A stretch of DNA of 64,000 bases. Source: Octopus vulgaris. Taxonomy: Eukaryota. The translations under genes were made by a program, and so were the position numbers. This document shows positions 1 through 12,523 of the stretch, one piece after another (position 1 is the stretch's first letter; every line of letters starts with the position of its first letter). A model generated the notes under the pieces. The model worked only from the letters and a program-made list of their open reading frames with translations, ran no database searches and had not been told where the DNA came from. The stretch is from the NCBI GenBank assembly GCA_951406725.2, contig OX597835.1, positions 24,800,001 through 24,864,000 on the forward strand. The letters run 5' to 3'.

Positions 1-39
<39 letters not shown>

Positions 40-204
40 CATATACATATATATATATATGTATATATGTATATATATGTATGCATGTATGTATGTATAC
101 ACATATACGTATATATATATACATACATAAATACATATATATATACATATGTATATATATATATATATATATATACATACATATATATATATATATATAC
201 ACAC

Positions 205-265
<61 letters not shown>

Positions 266-452
266 GTGTGTGTGTGTGTGTGTGTGTATGTATTAGTAAT
301 TTGTGGTAAATCATTTTACCTTTGCCCATATAATACAGTAAATGAATTGATTGCATCGCAATCCTTAACATTTATATATATTGGATATATGTTATCCCAT
401 GGTGGGTTGCATTTACAACCCCTATCTCAATTTGTATATATATATATATATA

Positions 453-630
453 CCGTTTTTTAACGTGTGTAAGGAACCCTCGGGTATAAGGAACCCACTA
501 ATTTTGGGGGGTTAAAATTTGGAAAAAAGGTTTCGTAAGGAATTATAATACAATCCATGTATAAGAAATTCCCATATTTTTTTACCTAATTTTAGACAAA
601 AAAGCGTCCCTTATACATGTTAAAATACTG
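453..630. mobile_element. MITE with imperfect TIRs (Tc1/mariner/pogo-type, TA-flanked)
   Basis: Ends ccgttttttaacgtgtgtaagg and ccttatacatgttaaaatactg are inverted copies; TA on both sides; no ORF. Confidence 0.55.
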
Positions 631-635
631 TATAT

Positions 636-942
636 TTGCATTTGCATTTGTGTAACATTTCTCCGTTTATTTTTCCGTCTTTGTTTGCATATACATTCGC
701 TGCTTTCTTCCAAGGAATCTAATGCTCTTAGCTTAGATTTTCCTTTGGGCTGGCCAGATTGGAGCAATCTCGAGTATAACCAACCGAAATTGCAAAAATA
801 ATCTGGAACTCGACTGAGGAAAGAAAACTCCGAATGACCCGTCCTTGTTTTCTTTGTAACGTCTGTCTGGATGCTTTGTTGTCCCTTTTTTTTATCACGT
901 AACTGTCTGGATGTTTTGCGCTCTTGTCCCATTTTTGTATTT

Positions 943-945
<3 letters not shown>
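636..945 (+). repeat. Dispersed (TA)n-associated repeat family; other copies ~4700-4935, 12103-12230, 14665-14945
   Basis: Shared blocks ttccaaggaatctaatgctc, ccgaaattgc and cgaatgacccgtcc (the 12103 copy has only the 3' blocks); T-rich end running into (TA)n. Confidence 0.7.
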
Positions 946-1004
<59 letters not shown>

Positions 1005-1006
<2 letters not shown>

Positions 1007-1425
1007 CGCAGGAGTGGCTGTGTGGTAAGTAGCTTGCTTACCAACCACGTAGTTCCGGCTTCTGTCCCACTACGTGGCACCTTGGGCAAGTGTCTTCTAC
1101 TATAGCCTCGGGCTGACCAAAGCCTTCTGAGAGTATTTGGTAGACTGAAGCTGAAAGAAGCCCATCGTATATATATGTATGTGTATGTTTGTGTGTGTGT
1201 ATGTGTGTATGTGTGTGTGTTTGTGTCTGTGTTTGTCCCCCCAACATCGCTTGACAACCAATGCTGGTGTCTTTACGTCCCCGTAACTTAGCGGTTCGGT
1301 AAAAGAGACCGATAGAATAAGTACTAGGCTTACAAAGAATAAGATCTGGGGTCGATTTGCACGACTAAAGGCGGTGCTCCAGCATGGCCACAGTGGAATG
1401 ACTAAAACAAATAAAAGGATTAAAA
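1005..1425 (+). mobile_element. SINE family A (tRNA-derived, CORE-like block, internal microsatellite); representative full copy
   Basis: Head ggcgcaggagtggctgtgtggtaag, block gtggcaccttgggcaagtgtcttc, internal (TA)/(TG)n, tail gctccagcatggcc; more than a dozen copies or fragments in the window. Confidence 0.85.
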
Positions 1426-1734
1426 AAATATATGTACATAATTATAAAAATATAATTATGATTAAGGAGTCGAGGTGCTATCGCTTCTTGCAGCTCGTCG
1501 CCTTAAAATAAACTCTTCAATCATAGGCACGAGGCCTGAAATTTTAGCGGGATGCGGATTATTTTGAATCCAGTAATTAACCGGAATTATTTTATCAAAC
1601 CCCGAAAGGAAGAAAGTCAAACTGGGCAACAATTGAACTCAGAACGTAAGAACGGACGAAATACCGCTAAGCATTTTTGTCCGACGGGCTTAACGATTCT
1701 GCCTGCTCGCTGCTGTAATATACAATAATTTGAA

Positions 1735-1950
1735 GGCGGCGAGCTGGTAGAATCGTTAGCACGCCGGGCGAAATGCTTAACAGTATTTCGTTTGCGGTTA
1801 CGTTCTGAGTTCAAATTCCGCCGAGGTCGACTTTGCCTTTCATCCTTTCGGGGTCGATTAAATAAGTACCAGTTACGCAGTGGGGTCAATATAATCGACT
1901 TAATCCGTTTGTCCCCTCTGTGTTTAGCCCCTTGTGGGTAGTAAAGAAAG
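1735..1950 (+). mobile_element. SINE family B (tRNA-derived, Nin-domain-like); an opposite-strand copy lies at ~1520-1715
   Basis: Head ggcggcgagctggtagaatcgttagc, B-box-like gagttcaaattcc, block gcctttcatcctttcggggtcgat; many copies in the window. Confidence 0.8.
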
Positions 1951-2017
1951 AGTAATATACAATAGTTATGTTGATGATTACTAAAGACATTGAGAACAAT
2001 ATCAAACGAATAATAAC

Positions 2018-2061
<44 letters not shown>

Positions 2062-2101
2062 ATAAATTATTTGCTCCCTTCACCTCCAGTACCAACCGCT
2101 C

Positions 2102-2145
<44 letters not shown>

Positions 2146-2455
2146 TCATTTATTACAGATGGTTGAGTGACAACAATGACCGTAGAATTGCAATTAAGAC
2201 AAATCTTATATTTGAACCGTGACAACACAGAGTCACAATTACGACTACTTCAAATGTAGGAAGGCGTCTTTCGGTCGTCGTCGTCGACTTTGTTGCTGCT
2301 GCTGCTGTTCGTGTCGTCTTTATTGCAGAGCAAGATTAGAGATGTAACCCAGCTAACTTCATCCTTCTGTATACTCTCTCTCTCTCACACACACACGCGC
2401 GCTTACTCACACACACTTACACACACAAACGCAGATATTCATATATACATATCTC

Positions 2456-3738
2456 GGATCTTTTCTAAAAGATGGACAGAATTTTCTACTTAACTAAATA
2501 ATTTGAAACTTCGTATACTGGTAGAATGTGTCAAAAGAAAACATTAATTTCAATTAGTTTTTTTGACAAGAATGTATTTTGTAACTTTTACGTAGTTTAA
2601 TTCTTCGAATTTTAACCAATCGTATTCTCTGTTTTGAGCTCAATTCATTTGCTGCCATTTTATTCATCCTTATCACTGTCTTCTGTGTTCTGTCTTCAAA
2701 GGCTTCTCGCATGTTTATTTCAATGTCATCCCTGACTTACGGAACGATTACCTGTGTGTGTGTGTGTTTTTGTTGTGTATGTGTGTGCGTGTGTCTGTTT
2801 GCTGTGTATGTGTGTGTGTTATTGTTGTGTATGTGTGTGTGTGTGTGTGTCTTTTTGTTGTGTATGTGTGTGTGTGTGTTGTATATCTCTTAAATCGATG
2901 AATTTCGTCGCCCAATAAAAATATTAACGATATTTTTTAACTTTGATATCGTTAATATTTTTATTGGGCGACAAAATTCATCGATTTAAGAGATACACAA
3001 CATACGCACACATACACAACAAAAACAAACACACACACACATACACAACAAAAAGACAGACACACACGCGCACACATACACAACAAAAACAAACACACAC
3101 ACACATACACAACAATAACACACACACATACACAACAAATACACACACGCACACACATACACAACAAAAACACACATACACAGATAATCGTTCCGTAAGT
3201 CAGGGATGACATTAACGATATTTTTTGAACTTTGATATCGTTAATATTTTTATTGGGCGACGAAATTCATCGATTTAAGAGATACACAACACACACACAC
3301 ACACATACACAACAAAAAGACACACACACACACACACATACACAACACAAACACACAAAACAAAAACACACACAACAATAACACACATACACAACAAACA
3401 CACACACGCACACACATACACAACAAAAACACACACACACAGGTAATCGTTCCGTAAGTCAGGGATGACATTGAAATAAACATGCGAGAAGCCTTTGAAG
3501 ACAGAACACAGAAGACAGTGATAAGGATGAATAACACGGCAGCAAATAAATTGAGCTCAATACAGAGTATACGATTGGTTAAAATTCGAAGAATTAAACT
3601 ACGTAAAAGTTACAAAATACATTCTTGTCAAAAAAACTAATTGAAATTAATGTTTTCTTTTGACACATTCTACCAGTATACGAAGTTTCAAATTATTTAG
3701 TTAAGTAGAAAATTCTGTCCATCTTTTAGAAAAGATCC
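2456..3738. mobile_element. Foldback-like element with ~480-bp inverted arms and an internal duplication
   Basis: ggatcttttctaaaagatggacagaatttt (2456) mirrors aaaattctgtccatcttttagaaaagatcc (3738); near-identical arms; centre ~2932-2945; ~2945-3212 repeats the inner right arm. Confidence 0.85.
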
Positions 3739-3749
3739 CATATCTCTCT

Positions 3750-3949
3750 TTTCTTTTTTACTTGTTTCAGTCATTTGACTGCGGCCATGCTGGAGCACCG
3801 CCTTTAATCGAGCAACTCGACCCCGGGACTTATTCTTTTGTAAACTCAGTACTTATTCTATCGGTCTCTTTTGCCGAACCGCTAAATGACGGGGACGTAA
3901 ACACACCAGCATCGGTTGTCAAGCAATGCTAGGAGGACAAACACACACA

Positions 3950-4001
<52 letters not shown>

Positions 4002-4160
4002 TACGATGGGATTCTTTCAGTTTCCGTCAACCAAATCCATTCACAAGGCTTTAGTCGGCCCGAGGCTATAGCAGAAGACACTTGTCCAAGGTGCCACGCA
4101 GTGGGACTGAACCCGGAACCATGTGATTGGTAAACAAGCTACATACCACACATCCACTCC
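3750..4160 (-). mobile_element. SINE family A
   Basis: Reverse complement of 1005-1425. Confidence 0.85.
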
Positions 4161-4644
4161 TCTCTTTTATTTTTAACTTGTTTCACTCATTGGACTGAGG
4201 CCATGCTGCAGCACCTTCTTGGGGGCTTTACTTATTTTTAAGACTGGCGTTTGTTCTGTCGGTCTCTTTACCGAACACCTAAGTTACAAGGACATAAACA
4301 AACCAACAACAAACAGTAGAAGTGGACAACACAAACCTGTTCATACACATATACACATACATGCATATATATAAATACATACATACACAATACATACATT
4401 ATGTGTGTGTGTGTGTGTGTCTTCTTTTAATTTTCTATTATTTTACTTGTTTCAGGCATTTGACTGCGGCCATGCTGGAGCGCCACCTTTAAGTGTTTTA
4501 CTCGAACAAATCGACACCGGGGCCTATTTTTTAAACCTAGTACATATTCTATCGGTCTTTATGCCGAACCAGTAGGTTTAGGGGACATAAACACATCAAC
4601 ACCGGTTATCAAGTGGTGATGGGGGTACAAGCAAAAATGCAAAG

Positions 4645-4685
<41 letters not shown>

Positions 4686-5129
4686 CCTATTCGTGTGGCA
4701 TCATCCGTTTTTCTGTCTTTGTTTCGTATACATTCGATCCTTTTTCCAAGAAATCTAATGCTCGTAGCTTAGTTTTTCCTTGGGGCTGACCGGATCGGAG
4801 CGATCTCAAGATTAATCAGCCGAAATTGCAAGGAATATCCGGTTCTTGACTGAAGATTAGAGGCTTCGAATGACCCGTCCGTTTTTGTGTCGTCTATTTG
4901 AATGTTTTACGTTCTTGTCCCATTTTGTATTTTTATATATATTTTTTTATACATATATATATATACCTATATGTATACACGACGGGTTTCTTTCAGTTTC
5001 TGCCAAATCCACTCACAAGGCTTTGGTCGGCGTGCTTGTTCGCGTGCGTGCATGTGAGTGAATGCGTGTGTATGTACGTGTGTATCAACTAAATTGTTAT
5101 TCCGTAATACAAACACGGTTCGTATGATT

Positions 5130-5535
5130 CCACAGTATGGTACATTCTAAGACCCTGTGAAAAGACGCGACGTGGCATGACATGACCTTTGTCACTCACC
5201 ATTCCTAAAACCATCACAGCTGCTGGAAACCTAGTGTGCATTGCTCTGAGAACGTCAGAAGAATCTGCACATAACCATGTGTCATTTCTGCTGTTAAAGT
5301 TTTGGCCTTAGTCGAAGTTTTTCTCATCAGATAAGAACTAAAGCAGGCTTTTAACGTCTAGCAGGGTCACTGCATTTCGTTATGCAACCATAATATACTA
5401 CAAAGTTTATTAATCGCTTTTATAAACCAATACCGTGTTCTGCTGTGTTAGCAGAATATTTTCAGCGTGGTGGTATCTCTTAGACAGCAAAAACTGTCCG
5501 ATGAACGGCAACGGGAAACTCAGAGTAACAGGTTT
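5130..5535 (-). pseudogene. Degenerate maT/DD37D-type Tc1-mariner transposase fragment
   Basis: Nucleotide similarity to 39240-39800 and 54215-54530 (gaccctgtg.aaaga, cacag.tgctggaaa, gaagtttttt). Confidence 0.55.
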
Positions 5536-5552
5536 TGTTGAATTTTCTGCTG

Positions 5553-5600
<48 letters not shown>

Positions 5601-5606
<6 letters not shown>

Positions 5607-5894
5607 AGAAATTCCAACTTTGCTTTTTATGTTTTATTTATATTCTTTATAATATTAATGTAGAATATAGGATATATAGTATAAACCTGGGAGCTTGAAG
5701 ACTGCTTTAATGCAAGAAAGTATACTAGTCCCTTAATATTTTATATTCAACATTTCATTTATTCAATAAGACAATCAATACTTCATTCATTTTACTATAT
5801 ATATATTATTTATACTATATATGCTATATTCTACATTAATATTATAAAGAATATAAATAAGACATAAAAACCAGACAAAGTTGGAATTTCTTTG

Positions 5895-5897
<3 letters not shown>
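5601..5897. repeat. Inverted repeat (~85-bp arms) in (TA)n with a degenerate HHR motif in the spacer
   Basis: 5601-5684 mirrors 5809-5897; spacer 5689-5732 reads gggagc TTGAAGA ctgc tttaat gcaa GAAA gtatac TA gtccc. Confidence 0.65.
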
Positions 5898-5982
<85 letters not shown>

Positions 5983-6031
5983 GTATGTATGTATATGTGT
6001 GTATGTATATGGGTATATGTGTGTATGTATG

Positions 6032-6067
<36 letters not shown>

Positions 6068-6922
6068 TGTATGTATGTATGTATATATGTACGTATGTAT
6101 GTATGTATGTATGTATAAAAGAAGCTTTATACACAGTTTCCGTATATGAAACTCACACACAAGTCAATGGTCAGCCCAGGGCTGTAGTTGAAGACACTCG
6201 CCCAAGGTGCCACGCGAATGAAATGAACTCGAAGCAACGCGGTTGCAAAGCGAACTTCTTAAGCTCACAATCAGGTCATATGTGTGTGCATGCACGTGTG
6301 TAAACGCATGTGTGTGCGCTCGCGCACACACGCTGTGTCCTTAAGACGCGTGTTTTGCTATGAAATTTAAAGTCTGATGATACACAACTTAAATTGTTTG
6401 TATATATTTTCTGTATATCTTAAAGCCCTCCACTTTGTATATTTAGTTCACACTAACGATACCGTGTGTGTGTGTGTGTGTGTGTGTGTTGCATATCCGT
6501 GCGCGCGCGCCCATATGTGTCTGACCGGGATTTCCATGGCTGATGTTTATCAAGGAAATTGCTTGTCATAATCTAGCAGGTATTAAATTGGTGTAAATGA
6601 AGGAAACCGGGGCCCCGTCATAGAGTAACCCTGTGGTTTTGTCTCTCCAAGGGATGTGTCCCCAAACCCAGATCATCCCTCCGATACAGGCACTCACCAG
6701 TTCTTTCGAAACGGAAATGGCAATAACGTTCTTTAAACAAATTCTAGCAGGTGGCCCACTTAGAGACGAACAGACAGACGGGCTGGGTGGTTATTTTGGG
6801 AGGGTGGGAAGGAAGCCGGGTGGTAATCGGGTGGTTGTTGTGTGGCAGCTGGAGCGAGCTCTGACTGATATGTCACCGGGTTTTAAGAGTGACACTAAGG
6901 AGTTCCTTCTCTTCCACCCCGA

Positions 6923-6966
<44 letters not shown>

Positions 6967-8191
6967 CTCCTTTCTCTCTTATAAATATGTGTTTGTGTGT
7001 GTATGTATGTAGGTATGTATACATGTATGTGTCTGTGTCTCTGTGTCCATATGTGTGTGTCTGTGTGTGTGTATGTAGGTATGTATACACGTATGTGTCT
7101 GTGTGTGCGTGAGTGCATGTGTGTATGTATGTATGTATGTATGTATGTATGTATGTATGTATGTATGTATACACGTATGTGTCTATGTCTCTGTGTCTAT
7201 ATGTGTGTGTCTGTGTGTGTATGTATGTAGGTATGTATGTATGTATGTATACACGTATGTGTCTGTGTCTGTGTGTGCGTGAGTGCATGTGTGTATGTAT
7301 GTATGTATGTATGTATATATACATGTATGTGTCTGTCTTTGTGTCCATATGTGTGTGTGTGTGTCTGTGTGTGCGTGAGTGCATGTGTGTATGTGTGTAT
7401 GTATGTATGTATACACGTATGTGTCTGTGACTCTGTGTCCATATGTTTGTGTGTAAGTGTGTGTGTGTAGCCAGAAACATATCTATGTGGGTCAATAACT
7501 GTTTTCGTTGTTTTTCCTTGATGTCAAGTAACTTCGTCCGCTTCTCTCGAGAACACCTTTCTCCTCTCACTCCCACTTCCAGTCCCACTCAACCTAACAC
7601 TCTTCTCTGACGCTCACAATCATCACCACCTCTACCGCCACCACCATTATACACTATACAGTAGCAGTAAAATTTACCTCACTTTTATCTTTTATTTTTG
7701 CTTCAATCATTAGACTGCGGCCATGCTGGGGCATCGCCTTGAATCAAACACCAGTACTTTTTAAACCGTCCCCCTTTTTTTTTAAAGCCTGGTACTTATT
7801 CTATATATCTCGCTTGCCGAATCGCTAAGTTATAAGGACGTAAACACTCCAACACCAGTCGTTAAGCGATAATGGAGGACAAACACAGACACACACACAC
7901 ATACGGACGGACGGACGGACGGACGGAAGGACAGACGGACAGACAGACGGGCAAACGGACAGACGGACGGATGGACAGACAGACGGGCTGACAGACGAGT
8001 AGACAGACGGGTAGATGGACGGACAGTCGGGCAGACAGATGGACGGGTAAACAAACGGACGGGCAGATAGACAGACGGGTAGGCAGACAGACGGACGGGC
8101 AGATAGACGAAGAGACAGACGGACAGACAGACAAACAAACAGATACATACACATACACACACATACATACATACATACATACATACATACA

Positions 8192-8220
<29 letters not shown>

Positions 8221-8222
<2 letters not shown>

Positions 8223-8760
8223 GGTGGCTGCCCCCTCGTTATCGAGTATGGCCATTGCACGAAGCTTAATCAATGTTATCGTGCAATGCCTGTGCAAGAA
8301 GATTTTTTTTTAAGTGAGGAAAGGCTGTGCACTGAGTCAATCCCACTCACTAAGCAACAGCAGCCATAATCCGAAAAGAACACGTCAACATCATCGGTAA
8401 CCACTGAGCCGCAGGTTTTATGTCGGAGTTATCCCAGTTACCTTCTCCTACAAGGATGCCCTAACAAAGGCTAGGAGTCATTCACTCCCAATGGTTTAAC
8501 CGCGCGGTCGGATATTCAGTCCGATTATTTCTATGTCCCCGCGAATGATACAGCCTTAAGACATTTATTGGATGGCCGTTGACTCTCAAGAGTTCCTCCG
8601 CCCTTTGACGGGTTCTGTTTTTCATCCCGCAGGGTGTCCAATAAACACCCTCCTCACCAAGCAAGCTTGGTGGGGTTGCCGGTTTAGTCGTCGACGACCC
8701 GACCATGCAACAGGTTGTACTGGGTTACATGTTACCAGTAGCACTCGAAAGTGACCTGAC
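8221..8760 (-). mobile_element. Non-coding insertion between (CATA)n runs, nested in a split SINE A (~7690-7900 and ~8820-8970)
   Basis: Complex sequence bounded by (CATA)n on both sides; SINE halves are collinear on either side; several hairpins at the 8760 end. Strand is tentative. Confidence 0.5.
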
Positions 8761-8791
8761 ACATACATACATACATACATATATACATACA

Positions 8792-8823
<32 letters not shown>

Positions 8824-9733
8824 CGACGAGTTTCTTTCAGTTTCCATCTACCAAATCCACTCACAAGGCTTTGTTCGGCCGGAGGTTATAATGGTGCCAC
8901 GCTGTGGGACTGAACCCGGAACCATGTAGTTGGGAAGCAAGCTTCTTACCACACAGCCACGCCTGCACCTATGATTGTTTATTTTTAGAATGATATTGTA
9001 GGGTAGGTGTAAGAGGCAAAAATATATATATTTCTCGCACAGAAATAAGTCAGGATTAGAACTTATTAATTGTTTTGAAGAGAGAAAAACACAAAGCTTA
9101 CATGAAACGAAATAGCTAAACTGAAGAATTGAAACCAGGTGATAGAATTGGCCAAATGAAGTTAATTAAGGTCAGGGTACTTGGAATCTACCTGTAACAT
9201 CAAGAACCTCTATATGGCTGCTCAAACTCAGGGGCCCTTAACCAGGGTTCACATGAGATTTTTTTTGGGGTCCATGCAAGCAAAATAGAAAATTGGGGAT
9301 TCTCAGTAATATATTAAGGGTCCGTGAAAAATTTTGCTTTAGATGTTGGCATTTGGAAGGGCATCCAGCTGTAGATGCCATGCCAAATGAGATAGAAAAT
9401 GGTGCAGCCTTCTGACTTACCAGTTCCAGTCAAACCCATACCAGCATGGAAAGCAGAGGATGGGCGATGTATTTATTGCAAGAAACAGCCAGGCTTCTTT
9501 CTCTGGTGTCCACGCATCATATACGATATACATTACCAATTTTTTTTCAACTACCAGAGAAGAGAATATTTTTAGACTTAGGGAAGATTTATATTGCTCT
9601 GAACATATGAAACAAGAGTTAACTAAAAGTTCAAATGCATATACACATATATACATACATATATATATATAAAGACATATACATACATACATACATATAT
9701 ACACACATATATATCTATGTATCTATCTATCTA

Positions 9734-9771
<38 letters not shown>

Positions 9772-9772
<1 letters not shown>

Positions 9773-9893
9773 CGCTAGCCACAACAGCTTTTTTTATTCT
9801 CTCTATTTTCTCGTGTTCCCGAGCGTTAAACTAGTACACCTGTTTGTTGTTTATACACCTGTCTTCGTCTTTTGTTTTTTGTAAATTCCAACT
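9772..9893 (+). mobile_element. 3'-end fragment related to the Penelope-like element, HHR segment deleted
   Basis: cacctgtcttcgtcttttgttt matches the PLE terminus cacctgccttcgtcttttgttt (reverse complement of ~18870-18895); flanked by (TA)n. Confidence 0.6.
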
Positions 9894-9927
9894 ATATATA
9901 TACATATACATATATATATATACATAT

Positions 9928-9988
<61 letters not shown>

Positions 9989-9990
9989 TT

Positions 9991-10022
<32 letters not shown>

Positions 10023-10120
10023 TGCATGTATGTATAGCTTAGCACAATCATTAGGTTGTCATTATAGTATTCTATTTACCTAATATCGAAGATTCATTCT
10101 TTTGTTGTCACTTTTTATTT

Positions 10121-10151
<31 letters not shown>

Positions 10152-10708
10152 TGAGTGAGAGAGCAGTGCATGGCATCAAAGTGACACTGGAGTACAAATA
10201 TATGATGCCCAATATACTCATCATGACGACCTGTCTGATAAGGGTACACCAGGCACATGCATCACAACCATATGTGGGCGACATCGTGATCTCATATCAA
10301 AATAAACAGCGCATGACCTTGCAGGTGGGGCCCAGTAAGGATTTTCTTCTGGTCGAGTAGCCCATCCCGCTCAAAAGGTCCCTCAATAAGGATTGTTTAA
10401 GGATGTTGAACGAACCACCCATGTTTCCAAAAGTGAATTATCCAAACCGCCAAGAATTATTTTCAATACATGGCTATGATGCTCCCCCACTACTTCTGCT
10501 CGGGATCAGAAATGCACATATCGTCAGCCACTAAGGGACATGCTCAGCTGGTTAAGGTCAAACAACTGACAAGCAAATCTGTGGTATTGAGCAGAATATT
10601 TGCTGTAGCCCATCTTTTATACCAAGATAAAACAATGTACATGATATCACTTCCAATCAGTTAAGATCAGAAGCCATGAGGGCCACTGTCTGGTATTGCA
10701 TCAGGGCA
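10152..10708 (-). mobile_element. Non-coding repeat body ending in (TAA)n on the minus strand, directly 3' of a 5S rRNA copy
   Basis: Abuts (tta)n at ~10122-10150 and the 5S copy at the other end; no credible ORF. Confidence 0.5.
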
Positions 10709-10713
10709 ATGTG

Positions 10714-10825
10714 TGACGCTTAGGTTTCCAAGCGGTCACCCATCTAAGTACTAACTTGGCTCGACGTTGCTTAACTTCGGTGATAGGACGAGAACCGGTG
10801 CTTTTAACGTGATATGGTCATAAGC
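10714..10825 (-). rRNA. 5S rRNA-derived copy (pseudogene or SINE head)
   Basis: Minus strand GCTTATGACCATATCACGTTAAAAGCACCGGTTCTCGTCCTATCACCGAAGTTAAGCAACGTCGAGCCAAGTTAGTACTTAGATGGGTGACCGCTTGGAAACC follows the metazoan 5S pattern with box A and box C; 3' end diverged, no oligo-T terminator. Confidence 0.88.
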
Positions 10826-10848
10826 TTATCATTATTATTATTATTATT

Positions 10849-11086
10849 CAGTAGTTTTATTTTTTATAGCGTGCTTTCACTTCACTACCGAGCGCAGCTC
10901 TGTGTGCCTTGGGTATGTGCTGTGATTTGTTGTGATGCTCTGATGGTTATTGTATGGAAAGTGTTCTGCGTAGGATGTGTGCAGTGCCTAGTAGTGCAAT
11001 TTTCTGTATGTTATATGTGTTTGTAAGTCCTGGTGTTTTTGTTATGTATTTGTCTGAATATTTTTTTATCATGCCTAATGCACCTA

Positions 11087-11088
<2 letters not shown>
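10849..11088 (-). mobile_element. 3' end of an R4/Dong-like RLE non-LTR retrotransposon in (TAA)n
   Basis: IGALG...IQKIALLGTAHILRRTL* is the typical C-terminus after the RLE domain; short 3' UTR; (TAA)n on both sides. Confidence 0.75.
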
Positions 11089-11148
<60 letters not shown>

Positions 11149-11209
11149 ACCAAAAATATTAGTTCTAAAATCTCTCTAAGAGATGAACGAACGCAGTAGT
11201 TGTACTAAC

Positions 11210-11388
11210 AAGTAATGTTCGTAGGTACCTCAACATGGCTGTTCCGTCGAACGGATTTACTGCGATTTTTAACCCCCAAGAGAATTTCTCCTCTGACTGG
11301 TTAACGATGTACAGCTGCGTCCGATATATTGCGGCGAGCAGTAAAGTCCGTTCGAATGGACAACCATGTTGAAGTTGCTACGAACATT

Positions 11389-11392
<4 letters not shown>
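11210..11392. mobile_element. MITE with ~60-bp imperfect TIRs
   Basis: aagtaatgttcgtag...cgaacggatttactgc mirrors gcagtaaagtccgttcg...ctacgaacattactt. Confidence 0.65.
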
Positions 11393-11419
<27 letters not shown>

Positions 11420-11434
<15 letters not shown>

Positions 11435-11924
11435 TCTAGTTGTGTGAGTGTCTGTCCCCTTCGATTTAGATTCCTAACTCCTCCCACATTTTGCGGTGCA
11501 GTTTAACCAAATTCGGGTATCTTATAGTCGTGATTCATATCGAGCCCGTCTGACTATTAGCGCGCGTCAACGATGAGTCTACGATTTTAAAAATAATTTA
11601 ACATCATTTTTTATTCCATTTTTATGCATAAAATGCATCGTATGTCGATGGCGGCGGAGTTGGCGTCCACGCTCACAGCTGCACCTGTTTGCTTCTCCCC
11701 CTTCCCTCCCTCGTGAAGCTGTGGGGAAGGGAGTGTAAAGAAATCAACGTCGTAATGCGTTGTGAAGGAAACCAGCGTTCTTTTAGAACAACGACTTCAT
11801 GGCTTGAAGACACCAAAACAAAAATGGCTAAGAAAGCCCGAATTTATAAGGGAAGTAACTCTCTAAAAATGCTTATATAGTTATTTCCCTTACAAACCCG
11901 AGCAACGCCGGGCGATACTGCTAG
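11420..11924 (+). mobile_element. Non-autonomous Helitron
   Basis: 3' hairpin cccgagcaacgccggg, then CTAG (11921-11924) followed by T; 5' end merges with (TA)n. Confidence 0.7.
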
Positions 11925-11959
11925 TATATATATATATATATATATTTACATATATATAC

Positions 11960-12034
<75 letters not shown>

Positions 12035-12256
12035 ACTACATACATATATATACATATATACATACACACACACACACTCACACACACACACATATATATA
12101 TATCAGCCGAAATTGCTAGGATGATCCGGTTCTTGACTGAAGATTGAAGGCTTCGAATGTCCCGTCCGTGTTTTTTGTATCGTCTTCTAAATGTTTTACG
12201 TTCTTGTCCCAGTTTGTATTTTTCTACATATAATAATATATATATATATGCATACA

Positions 12257-12370
<114 letters not shown>

Positions 12371-12459
12371 CCGAAATTGCTAGGATGATCCGGTTCTTGA
12401 CTGAAGATATATATATACATACATATGTACATACCATAAATACATACGTACATACATAA

Positions 12460-12523
<64 letters not shown>

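Noticed and set aside
735-845. HHR-like words (ccGAAA, CTGAGGA/CTGAAGA) in the 636-945 repeat family
   Set aside because: Core elements are in the wrong order or incomplete; no consistent stem III and cleavage triplet could be built in any copy.
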